NCBI GenBank assembly: GCA_045645065.1
Contig: JAZRIB010000009.1
Coordinates: 58,464-122,463 of the forward strand
Length of the DNA: 64,000 nt
DNA from: Candidatus Enterousia sp.
Lineage (GTDB): Bacteria; Pseudomonadota; Alphaproteobacteria; Rs-D84
Reading direction: 5' to 3'
Under the pieces are notes generated by a model. It saw nothing but the letters and a program-made list of their open reading frames with translations, was not told the origin of the DNA and ran no database searches. The translations under genes and the position numbers were made by a program. Positions 29,297 through 38,214 of the stretch are shown one piece after another (the stretch's first letter is position 1; every line of letters starts with the position of its first letter).

Positions 29297-32071
29297 CTAT
29301 TTTCCCCAGACAGGGGCAATAACGTGTTCTGCAACCAATGGCACGGACAGCTTCGTTACATTTTCCATTGCAGACTTGATTTTATTCGCGAATTCATCCG
29401 CGTGGGCGATGTCGCATTCAAACACGATTTCATCGTGAACCTGCATAATCATGCGGATTTTGTCTGAATTTGGTTGAATGATATTTTTATCAATTTCAAC
29501 CATTGTGCGTCGCATCAGGTCAGCTTCGAATCCTTGGATTGGGGCATTGATTGCGGCACGCATTGCGTATGCACGCATACGGGGATTTTTTGCTTCGGGT
29601 AATTCTATTTTACGTCCCCACGGGGTATAGACGCACGCGTGTTCGGTTGCAAATTTCTTAATCCCGTCAATATATTCACGAATTTCGGGCAGTTCAGACA
29701 AATATGAATTGATTGTGTTTTGTGCTTCGTTACGTGATATACCAAGTTGTCCCGCCAGTCCAAACGATGATATGCCATATATGATTGAAAAGTTGATTGT
29801 TTTTGCCGCACGGCGCAGTTCGCGTGGAACAGGGGCGTCGTTTGGAATGTTAAATATTTTTCGGGCGGTTTGTTCGTGAATGTCGGCGCCACTGTTAAAT
29901 GTGTTGCGGAAAGTTGTGATGTTTGCCACGTCCGCCAACAGGCGCAACTGAATCTGGGAATAGTCAACTGATATTAGTGTTCGACCCGTGGGTGCGACAA
30001 AGCATTTTCGTATCTCTTCGCCCAGGGTCGTTTTAATCGGAATATTTTGCAGGTTCGGATCGCGACTGGACAGGCGTCCTGTGTTCGTGCTGGTCTGTAA
30101 ATATGTGGTATGAATACGTCCGTCGGATGCAATTTGGCGCGGCAATGCGTCCGCGTATGTACCAGCCAGTTTTGCAATTGAACGCCAATTTAGGATTTTT
30201 TCAATAATTGGATGTGTATCAACTAGTTCATTTAATGATTCTGCATCTGTGGAACGTTTTTTATTCGCCGGCAGTCCCAGTTCATCAAATAATATTGTGC
30301 CAAGTTGCTTGGGACTGGCGATATTAAATTCGTGTCCAGATATTTCCCATATTTCAGATTGCAGTTGTGTCAACTGTTCATGAAATACGGTGGACAGTTG
30401 CTGTAACTTTTGGCGGTCGGCCATAACACCATTGCGTTCCATTTTTAGCAATACGGGCATTAATGGTAAATCACAAGTTTCGTACAGGTGGCGCAATTTT
30501 TCGTTTGCGTCCAGTTCAGGGCGCATATGGTTGTACAGTGCCATTGTTATAACTGCATCTTCGGCGGCATATGGGGTGGCTTTATCAACTGGTAATGAAT
30601 CAAAATGCATATCTGCGTCACGGGTTTTGGGTGCAAACAGTGATGCAAACTTAATGTTTTCGTGGTTCAGATATTTTAGTGCTAATTCATCCATACCGTG
30701 TCCGTGCAGTGTGCCGTGTAATATATATGACAGCAGCATTGTATCATCAAACGGTCGGATTTTGGTTGTGTCCCATCCTTCGTTTTCCATAATATGAAAA
30801 TCATATTTCAGGTTATGTCCAACCTTTACAATATTTGGGTTTGTAAATATTGGCCATAATTTTTTATATATCGTTTCAATTGATAATTGATTCGGGACAG
30901 GGGTGTCCCCGCCAAATAAATCATTACTGGCGGTGCGATGGCGGATTGGAATATACGCACCGTGGGTGTCATTTGTAGCGATACAGATTCCAACAATTTT
31001 ATCGGTCATTGGGTTTAAGCCCGTTGTTTCTGTGTCAATCGCGATTTTGTTGGTAACAGATGATAAAAAATTGTCTAATTCGCTTTCGTTTGTGATTGTT
31101 TCATATGTAATGTCGCGCTTTGCGGGTTTGGTTAGGGTGGTTGGTTCTGTTGGTATTTCGCATTGGGATGCGGCATATGAAAACACATTAGTTTCAGTAT
31201 TTGCGTTATATTTTTCAATCGGAAACAGTTTTTCTATCTTTGCGGCCAAAGAATTACTTTCGATTTTATTTTTTACAAAATCTAATGCGCCGGGGATGTT
31301 AAATATAAAATCTGGGATATTAAGATTTTCTAAATCGACATCATTCTTTAATGTGACTAATTGTTTGGATATGTATGCCATTTCGCGGTTGTCGCGCAAC
31401 AATCCCCGAATTCGTTCGTTCTTTACGTTATCCAGATTTGCGTACAGATTGTCCAGATTGCCAAATTGGTTAATTAATTCGGCGGCTTTTTTAGGGCCAA
31501 TGCCCGGGACGCCGGGTACGTTATCCGATGAATCCCCCATTAATGATTGGACGTCAATAACCTGGTCTGGACGAACACCGAATTTTTCCAGAACCTGGGG
31601 GGTGTGAATTTCCAGATTTTTCATCCCGTCATATAAAAATACGCAATCCGATACCAACTGCATCAAGTCTTTGTCACTGGTAATAATACGTGTGGCACGT
31701 GGTGCGTCACAATTTTGTCGTGCGATTGTTGCGATGACGTCATCTGCTTCGACACCGGGAATACATAATACGGGCATGCCAAGGGCGGTTAATCCTTCGC
31801 GAATCAGGTACGATTGCGATATTAAATCAGCAGGTGTTTCAGAACGGTTTGCTTTGTATTCGGGGTAAATGTCTTGGCGGAACGTGATACGTGATGCGTC
31901 AAATATGCATACGAATTTGTCGTCTGGTTTTGCAACGGACAAAATCGGCAAAATCATATTAAGAAATCCATACACGGCACCCGTCGGTGTGCCATCCGTG
32001 CGGGTTAAACGACTGTGTACGCCGTAATATGCACGAAATAATAAAGAATTTCCATCAATCAACGTCAGCAT
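29297..32071 (-). CDS. polA: DNA polymerase I
   Basis: 5'-3' exonuclease (LIDG, EADD, GDSSDNVPGV), 3'-5' exonuclease (DTET, HNLKYD, YAAED), polymerase (RLSS.DPNLQN, DYSQI, QVHDE). Confidence 0.98.
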   Translation of the reverse strand: MLTLIDGNSLLFRAYYGVHSRLTRTDGTPTGAVYGFLNMILPILSVAKPDDKFVCIFDASRITFRQDIYPEYKANRSETPADLISQSYLIREGLTALGMPVLCIPGVEADDVIATIARQNCDAPRATRIITSDKDLMQLVSDCVFLYDGMKNLEIHTPQVLEKFGVRPDQVIDVQSLMGDSSDNVPGVPGIGPKKAAELINQFGNLDNLYANLDNVKNERIRGLLRDNREMAYISKQLVTLKNDVDLENLNIPDFIFNIPGALDFVKNKIESNSLAAKIEKLFPIEKYNANTETNVFSYAASQCEIPTEPTTLTKPAKRDITYETITNESELDNFLSSVTNKIAIDTETTGLNPMTDKIVGICIATNDTHGAYIPIRHRTASNDLFGGDTPVPNQLSIETIYKKLWPIFTNPNIVKVGHNLKYDFHIMENEGWDTTKIRPFDDTMLLSYILHGTLHGHGMDELALKYLNHENIKFASLFAPKTRDADMHFDSLPVDKATPYAAEDAVITMALYNHMRPELDANEKLRHLYETCDLPLMPVLLKMERNGVMADRQKLQQLSTVFHEQLTQLQSEIWEISGHEFNIASPKQLGTILFDELGLPANKKRSTDAESLNELVDTHPIIEKILNWRSIAKLAGTYADALPRQIASDGRIHTTYLQTSTNTGRLSSRDPNLQNIPIKTTLGEEIRKCFVAPTGRTLISVDYSQIQLRLLADVANITTFRNTFNSGADIHEQTARKIFNIPNDAPVPRELRRAAKTINFSIIYGISSFGLAGQLGISRNEAQNTINSYLSELPEIREYIDGIKKFATEHACVYTPWGRKIELPEAKNPRMRAYAMRAAINAPIQGFEADLMRRTMVEIDKNIIQPNSDKIRMIMQVHDEIVFECDIAHADEFANKIKSAMENVTKLSVPLVAEHVIAPVWGK

Positions 32072-32092
32072 TATTTACCCCGATTTTATCGT

Positions 32093-32644
32093 TTAGAATA
32101 CGTAACGTAATTTTAAGCGCGCATCGTAATGCATAATATCAACGGTTTTATCAATGATTTTGTATGCATTGTTGGCGTACAGGATGCGACCTTCGGCATC
32201 CAGTTTGATTGGCGCAAATGGCAAATCCAGTGTTATACCGACCATGCCTTGGTATGTGATAGAATCATCTATGGTAACCTTTGGTTGGTGGGTTGGTTGG
32301 TATTTTGAATTGAAAGTTGTACCGATGCCTGCGCCAAAATATGGTTTTAACATTGGTGATGGAATCTTGAAATATGCATTCATCATCGCCAGGTTTATTG
32401 TTGTATCAGATCCGTCAAGATAGTTGTATTCGCCTTCGATTCTGAAAAGTGGTATATCAACGCCGATTACAGCACCGTAACTTTGTGCGCTGTGTTCGTG
32501 ATAGTCGCTGTGAACGAATTTAGCCGTTGCACCAAATCCAGCCGTTGCACCAGTGTAAATATCAAATAATAAATTTGCATTTGCAGATGTGGCTGATAAC
32601 ATAATGGCGGTGGTGGTTAAAAAAGCGATGGAATTTAATTTCAT
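32093..32644 (-). CDS. Small outer-membrane beta-barrel protein
   Basis: Signal peptide; RIEGEY, NAYF, PYFGAGIG, YQGMVG; terminal RYVF. Confidence 0.85.
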   Translation of the reverse strand: MKLNSIAFLTTTAIMLSATSANANLLFDIYTGATAGFGATAKFVHSDYHEHSAQSYGAVIGVDIPLFRIEGEYNYLDGSDTTINLAMMNAYFKIPSPMLKPYFGAGIGTTFNSKYQPTHQPKVTIDDSITYQGMVGITLDLPFAPIKLDAEGRILYANNAYKIIDKTVDIMHYDARLKLRYVF

Positions 32645-32691
32645 TTTTTGCTCCTTTGTGTGATACTATAATAAAAAAAAGAGTAACCGGT

Positions 32692-33213
32692 ATGCAAGAA
32701 AATAAACCTTTCTTGGTTGTTGGATTGGGAAATCCAGGGTCTGAATATACAAATACGCGCCATAATGTCGGGTTTATGGCGGTGGATTCAATTGTTGGTG
32801 CGGACGCTACATGGAAAAAAGAAAAAAATGCGTTATCGTGTGTGGTTAACATAGATGGGCGTCGTGTTATATTTGCAAAACCGCAGACATATATGAATAA
32901 CAGTGGTGTTGCTGTTCTGGCGTTGATGACTTTTTATAAAATCCCATTGGAAAATGTTGTTGTTATTCATGATGATATGGATTTGAAAATTGGTGATATA
33001 CGCGAAAAAATTGGCGGGGGCAGTGCTGGGCATAACGGTATAAAATCTGTTGATGCGAATATTGGACGTGATTACAAGCGTATTCGCATTGGAATAGGGC
33101 ATCCGCGTGATTTTGATTTGCCAATGTCGCCGGCAGATTGGGTTTTGGGGCGATTTGGCGCGGCACAAATTGATGCTATAAACCAAGCAATAAACAATAT
33201 CGTATTATTTTAA
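32692..33213 (+). CDS. pth: Peptidyl-tRNA hydrolase
   Basis: VGLGNPG, TRHNVGF, KPQTYMNNSG, HDDMD, GHNGIKS, RIRIGIG. Confidence 0.97.
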   Translation: MQENKPFLVVGLGNPGSEYTNTRHNVGFMAVDSIVGADATWKKEKNALSCVVNIDGRRVIFAKPQTYMNNSGVAVLALMTFYKIPLENVVVIHDDMDLKIGDIREKIGGGSAGHNGIKSVDANIGRDYKRIRIGIGHPRDFDLPMSPADWVLGRFGAAQIDAINQAINNIVLF

Positions 33214-33222
33214 GTGATTTTT

Positions 33223-33308
33223 TGGTGCGGCCAGGGGGAATCGAACCCCCAAGGATTTTGTCCACAGCATCCTTAGTGCTGCGCGTCTACCAATTCCGCC
33301 ATGACCGC
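33223..33308 (-). tRNA. tRNA-Leu (anticodon AAG)
   Basis: GCGGTCATGGCGGAATTGGTAGACGCG CAGCA-CT AAG GA-TGCTG TGGACAAAATCCTT GGGGGTTCGATTCCCCC TGGCCGC A CCA. Long variable arm and A73, as in Leu tRNAs. Confidence 0.95.
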
Positions 33309-33413
33309 GTGTGGTAATAAAACTTGTCTTATTCTTGCAATAAGAGTTTTCTTTTTCAACCTTTTTATGATATAATTTTTTCTGATATGGATATAAAAAG
33401 GAAAGGATTTTAG

Positions 33414-35015
33414 ATGTCAAAACTGTCTGGTTTTTTGTGCAAATGTTCATTGTTTGTGTTGATTCCAGTGGCGGCAAACGCGGCGGGAACGTACTATACC
33501 GGTGGTTATCAGTCGCCCCAGACGCGTTATAATTCGTCTGCGTTTTCTAATAATACGGCTGCGCGCAGTACCGCGGGTGTATCATCTTATAATCAGTCTC
33601 GTTATAATTCGGCGGGGTATAATACGTCATATAATTCATCGTATTCGAATCGTTATGCCCAGAATTCACGTACGACAAATCAATCGCGTTCACAGCAATA
33701 TTCCCAGATGCAGTCGGGTGCACAATCTGGGGGGGTGGATAAAGGTTTTTATATCGATGCTGGGTTGGTGTATAAAATGGGGACGTGGCAATTTGATATG
33801 AATTCGGCGGGTTCTAAATTGCACTATGATAATTTGTCATGGGGTGTGTTTGATATTCAGGCGGGATATAATTTTTCTGTTGGTAATACAAAAATGGTTT
33901 TAGATGCTGGGTTTGAATATGGTATGCAATTGGGTGAATCTACGATGATTGACGATGATATTACCAATGGTGGGTTTAAGTACGCAGAATGGCCAGATGA
34001 TACCATAGCAGGGGTAAATTATGCAGAATATTTGCATTCTTTGTCGATTGGTACAACCAAAGATGGCGATATGTTGGGGTTGCGTGCTGGAATCGGGTTA
34101 AAGGATTTCTTTACATGGGGACGTGTTAAGGTTACACCGTCAATCGGATGGCGGCATTTGAATTACAAGTTGGAAACAACGAATAATTACGGTTCTACAA
34201 TCGCAACAGTCGAAGGAAATGATGGATGCGTCAGTGTTGATGGTATGACCCAATGTTGGCCGGCAATTGCGTTCTTTCATGTTGTGAATCCAGGAACCCA
34301 AGACGCATACGCGCAATATTCGTTTGGAAAATTTCAATATATTGATATGGACGGTGATGAATATGCAGATGTTATTGGTATTCCATTAAATGTGTCTGGG
34401 GAACAGTATGTTGATGTGCCAGAATCGTTGTATTTCCATCAGTCTGATGTGTCGCACTCTTATGATGTGACGTGGACTGGGCCGTATCTGGCGATGGATA
34501 TGCTGTATGATATTAACGTACACAATTCTGTGACGGCGCGTGTTGAGTTGGGATTGCCGATGTACAAGGCAACAGCAGACCAGCCATATCGTACGGAATG
34601 GCAACACCCGAAATCAATTGAAGATACTGGGGATTTTGGAAGTGCGATACATTTTGGATTGGGGGCAAATTGGCGTACGGCACTGACAGACAAAGTGTCT
34701 TTGTCGCTGGGGGTAACGTATGATTATTATAATGTCAGTAATGCCACCGCAGATACATATTTGAATCCAGAATATTATCAAGCTGTTTATAATAGCATTT
34801 TGTCTGCGTACATAGAAGAATTTGGTCAAGATAATGCTGAGAATTATATGTTAAATGGTTTTAAGGGTGATGATGGTAAGCTTTATGCGCCTGATTATGA
34901 AGCCGTATATATTAACGATGTTCGAAATAATGGATGGAAAGATACAATGAAAGATGAAATTAATTCATTCTTTCAATCGTTGGGTGTGCGTGTGGGCTTG
35001 AATATCCGCTTTTAA
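33414..35015 (+). CDS. Outer-membrane beta-barrel protein, possibly omptin-like, with S/N/Y/Q-rich N-terminus
   Basis: Signal peptide; low-complexity region ~residues 25-105; alternating barrel strands; SKLHYDN and M.DDD recall omptin strands; terminal LNIRF. Confidence 0.7.
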   Translation: MSKLSGFLCKCSLFVLIPVAANAAGTYYTGGYQSPQTRYNSSAFSNNTAARSTAGVSSYNQSRYNSAGYNTSYNSSYSNRYAQNSRTTNQSRSQQYSQMQSGAQSGGVDKGFYIDAGLVYKMGTWQFDMNSAGSKLHYDNLSWGVFDIQAGYNFSVGNTKMVLDAGFEYGMQLGESTMIDDDITNGGFKYAEWPDDTIAGVNYAEYLHSLSIGTTKDGDMLGLRAGIGLKDFFTWGRVKVTPSIGWRHLNYKLETTNNYGSTIATVEGNDGCVSVDGMTQCWPAIAFFHVVNPGTQDAYAQYSFGKFQYIDMDGDEYADVIGIPLNVSGEQYVDVPESLYFHQSDVSHSYDVTWTGPYLAMDMLYDINVHNSVTARVELGLPMYKATADQPYRTEWQHPKSIEDTGDFGSAIHFGLGANWRTALTDKVSLSLGVTYDYYNVSNATADTYLNPEYYQAVYNSILSAYIEEFGQDNAENYMLNGFKGDDGKLYAPDYEAVYINDVRNNGWKDTMKDEINSFFQSLGVRVGLNIRF

Positions 35016-35021
35016 GGGTTT

Positions 35022-35636
35022 ATGATTATGCGTATGAGATTTTATTTGGGTCTTGTTTGTACGTTGTTTATGTCGTATGCAAATGCTGCTGATTTGCGTG
35101 GTAATGTCGCATTAAATATTACCAGTGATACCGCCACCACAGCCAAAAATATGGCAATGGATGAGGCACGACGTCAAATTATATCAGATGTTTTGGGGCA
35201 ATATTCGGATCGCGTGGCGTTGGAAAATGTTTTGGCAACAACTAAAAACAGCGCATTGAATACCTTGATTGAATCTACGGCAATAGATGGGGAACAAACA
35301 TCTGATACAACATATTCGGCCAATATTACAATGGTTATTGACGCAAGTGCTGCACGTGCATGGTTGACGGAAAATGGAATTCAAAATTGGATGCCAGATG
35401 ATGAAAACGCAAATAGTTTTGTTGTGTGGGCTGAAATGTCTGAACCGATTGTAAATTGGACAGAAATAAACAGAATTAGTCGTGATGAAAAAATCGATGT
35501 AAAATTAAAGTCTGTTCAAGGAAATCAAATCGTTTTTGATGTGCCGGTGTCTGTGCGCGGTGCGTTTACAATTGCTGTACGTGAAGCGGGCTGGCAATAT
35601 TCTGATAAAGATGGTATTTTGCGTGTGTGGAAATAA
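35022..35636 (+). CDS. Exported protein, DUF2066-like
   Basis: Signal peptide; VALNITSDTATTAKNMAMDEARR resembles the alphaproteobacterial DUF2066 N-terminus. Confidence 0.55.
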   Translation: MIMRMRFYLGLVCTLFMSYANAADLRGNVALNITSDTATTAKNMAMDEARRQIISDVLGQYSDRVALENVLATTKNSALNTLIESTAIDGEQTSDTTYSANITMVIDASAARAWLTENGIQNWMPDDENANSFVVWAEMSEPIVNWTEINRISRDEKIDVKLKSVQGNQIVFDVPVSVRGAFTIAVREAGWQYSDKDGILRVWK

Positions 35637-35659
35637 TCCTGTATAAAAAATAGGGGAAA

Positions 35660-36526
35660 GTGGTGAAAAAATTAGCATGTATTTTGTCGTTGTGCGTGTT
35701 GCCTTTTGGTGCATTTGCAGATGAAGTTGTTGAATCAACACCTGCTAGTATGGTGTTGTCTGTTCGTCGTATCGGGTTGGATTTGTCGCAAACCACAGTT
35801 CGACACGCCAGCCAATATAAAGATTCGCCAATTTCTGCGTTAAGTGCGGATAGCCAAGAATTTATCAAAGGTGTATTTGATACGGCGTTGGAATACAAGA
35901 AAAATCGTTTGCAGTGGGATAACAGTTTGTTTATGGAATATGGTGAAACAAAACTGAAACCATCTGGGGAACCGTCAACATCAAGTGAAAATTCAGATGA
36001 TATTTTAGTGTCTAGTAATTTGGAATATGGTTGTTGGGAAACGTCTGGATTCAAATTTGGTCCAACGGTTCGTGCAGCATATGATACAGAATTTGTTGCG
36101 TCTGGGGATGCGCCACGTCAAAATGTTATTCGTGCCAATGCAGGTTTGTCATTGTTTGATAATGCGGTAATTAAAAGTTTGTATATAACCGGTGTGTATG
36201 AATACGATTTTACGTATGTGGATGAAAAGACGTCAAAATTGGCGGCTGAAATTGGTTGGCGATTGGAATACGATATTCGTGAAGGTGTGAAATTTTCGTC
36301 CAATGGATACTATCGTGAATATTTAAGTTATTCTATATATGTACCAACGGATTTAGAACGCGATTTAAGTGCCGTTGCACGTCTGGATACAAATTTGTGG
36401 GGTGATTTGACGATGGGGCCATATGTTCAATATCGTCGTGCGCGCGCACGTGGTGTTGATGTCTATGGCAGTAATTTTATCTTGGGCATATCGTTTAATT
36501 ATATAACTAAGTTTGGATTGCTATAA
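35660..36526 (+). CDS. Putative outer-membrane beta-barrel (DUF481/DUF3078-like)
   Basis: Signal peptide; WDNSLFMEYG, alternating aromatic strands. Confidence 0.65.
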   Translation: MVKKLACILSLCVLPFGAFADEVVESTPASMVLSVRRIGLDLSQTTVRHASQYKDSPISALSADSQEFIKGVFDTALEYKKNRLQWDNSLFMEYGETKLKPSGEPSTSSENSDDILVSSNLEYGCWETSGFKFGPTVRAAYDTEFVASGDAPRQNVIRANAGLSLFDNAVIKSLYITGVYEYDFTYVDEKTSKLAAEIGWRLEYDIREGVKFSSNGYYREYLSYSIYVPTDLERDLSAVARLDTNLWGDLTMGPYVQYRRARARGVDVYGSNFILGISFNYITKFGLL

Positions 36527-36552
36527 AAAAATCCCGCCAATGCGCGGGATTT

Positions 36553-36669
36553 TTAATATACTGGATACGAACGTGGATAGTCTGGGTTTGGATGATGTAA
36601 TGCCGATTTAACACCACATCCAGATAATACCAGTAAAAACATCATTAAAATGCATATAACTTTTTTCAT
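36553..36669 (-). CDS. 38-aa lipoprotein, LptM/YifL-like (below ORF-track cutoff)
   Basis: MKKVICILMMFLLVLSGCGVKSALHHPNPDYPRSYPVY*: lipobox followed by CGxKxxLxxP; shares a terminator at 36525-36554. Confidence 0.75.
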   Translation of the reverse strand: MKKVICILMMFLLVLSGCGVKSALHHPNPDYPRSYPVY

Positions 36670-36718
36670 GATACAGATTATATATCGTCATGATAAAAGT
36701 GTCAATTTTTATATGTGC

Positions 36719-37156
36719 TTATCGAATGTACCAAAATTTGGATCCCCAGATAAAATCTTTTAGGCGTATTTTATTGGCGTCAGGCATTTTGTCGCCAACG
36801 TTTTTTACACGTTTCCAATTTATCTTGGCAACTATTGGTGCAGGGCCGAAAACATATTCAACGTATCCACATGTTCGCGGTAATATGGTTCCGTCCAGTA
36901 CCATATCGGGTACAACAGATATACAATCGTTGCTGTTATAAGATGTTCTGTTGTTGTAAATTTTACATTTCTGGGTTTTTGTATCAAGGTGTTTGCAACA
37001 ATATCGTGTTGCGATTGTATAATGTGAATTGTGTGCTTTGTACAAACAGCACAAACCGCATCGTTTGCATATTTTTTCGTATGCTTCGGGTGACATTTGT
37101 TTAAATTGGTTAAATTTTTCTTGTTCTTCGTTAGATAATGCGTATTGATGCGTCAT
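36719..37156 (-). CDS. YcgN/UPF0260-like cysteine-cluster protein
   Basis: CKRCGLCC, CKHLD, CKIYNNR, LPRTCGY. Confidence 0.8.
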   Translation of the reverse strand: MTHQYALSNEEQEKFNQFKQMSPEAYEKICKRCGLCCLYKAHNSHYTIATRYCCKHLDTKTQKCKIYNNRTSYNSNDCISVVPDMVLDGTILPRTCGYVEYVFGPAPIVAKINWKRVKNVGDKMPDANKIRLKDFIWGSKFWYIR

Positions 37157-37209
37157 AGCTTTCCTTTTGTTTTGTGTAAAAAAATCCCGCACAAGCGGGA
37201 TGAATTAAA

Positions 37210-37533
37210 TTATTCGGATATAATATCAACAACTTTCACCTTAAACACGACGTCTTTGCCCGCCAGTTCTGGTACATACTCGGTTGGGAATGTGATATTA
37301 ACATCACGTTCTTCGCCCTTGACTGCGCCGATTAATTGATCTTCGAATCCTGGTACAAATTGACCACTGCCCAGTTTTAATGGGAAACCTTCGGCTGTGC
37401 CACCTGGAAATTGAACCCCATCCAGGTATCCAGCAAAATTAATAACGACAGTATCGCCGCTCTGTGCGCCGGCATTGCTGTCACATGCGGTCAAGACCCC
37501 ACATAAACCTAATGCAATCATCAGTTTTTTCAT
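37210..37533 (-). CDS. Lipoprotein consisting of a trigger-factor-type FKBP PPIase domain
   Basis: Lipobox LTAC; [41 protein letters not shown]. Confidence 0.88.
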   Translation of the reverse strand: MKKLMIALGLCGVLTACDSNAGAQSGDTVVINFAGYLDGVQFPGGTAEGFPLKLGSGQFVPGFEDQLIGAVKGEERDVNITFPTEYVPELAGKDVVFKVKVVDIISE

Positions 37534-37572
37534 GTACTTTCCTTTTTTTGTTTTGTGTTAATTTTTGTTGGC

Positions 37573-38133
37573 CTAGTTGTTATAGATACAGCGGAATCCG
37601 TATTCGCGCATTGTTGAACCCTCTGCCTCTATTCTGTAGTCGAAATATGGTGTTGGGCGCATTACATCAAATGATGGTTTGTCGTATACCATAACAATAC
37701 TGGATGCGTTGCGTCCGCAAACGCGTTTCATTTCGTAATCAGCCACCGCCGCTAATACAGAGCGTGCGTCGCCGTTTATATCCATGCCGTCGGCATTCTG
37801 TATCAGGCGCAGGCGCATTTCACGCAGGTCTGAATTGCCAAGTAATATTTGAACGCGAACCATTGTGCCGTGATATTCCTGCCAGCGTGTTTCCATACGT
37901 GATGTATTCCAGCGATTTGCAGTTTGTTCTTTTTCTGCGTTTGTTTTTGGTTTATATGAATCAATGTTTGCGAACTGGTTGTCGGCCTGCATAAATGTGC
38001 TGGTTCGTTCGTTGTAAAGTGGTGCGTCTTCGCCACCGGTGGCAAAATCGCGCGTGTTATATGGCGTGTCGCCATTTGTACATGCAGCCAATCCCAGTAC
38101 AGAACAAAGTGCAAAAAGAATAGTTTTTTTCAT
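37573..38133 (-). CDS. Hypothetical lipoprotein
   Basis: MKKTILFALCSVLGLAAC lipobox. Confidence 0.8.
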   Translation of the reverse strand: MKKTILFALCSVLGLAACTNGDTPYNTRDFATGGEDAPLYNERTSTFMQADNQFANIDSYKPKTNAEKEQTANRWNTSRMETRWQEYHGTMVRVQILLGNSDLREMRLRLIQNADGMDINGDARSVLAAVADYEMKRVCGRNASSIVMVYDKPSFDVMRPTPYFDYRIEAEGSTMREYGFRCIYNN

Positions 38134-38214
38134 GTTTGGTTCTCTCTTTTTTTGTATTCTAGCAAATAAACTTTTTTGATTCAAGTCAGGATTTATGATA
38201 AAATATATGTAAAT

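Noticed and set aside
33729-33735. G7 tract in the outer-membrane protein gene as a phase-variation switch
   Set aside because: The tract is short, the gene is in frame, and similar G runs occur in housekeeping genes such as pgk.
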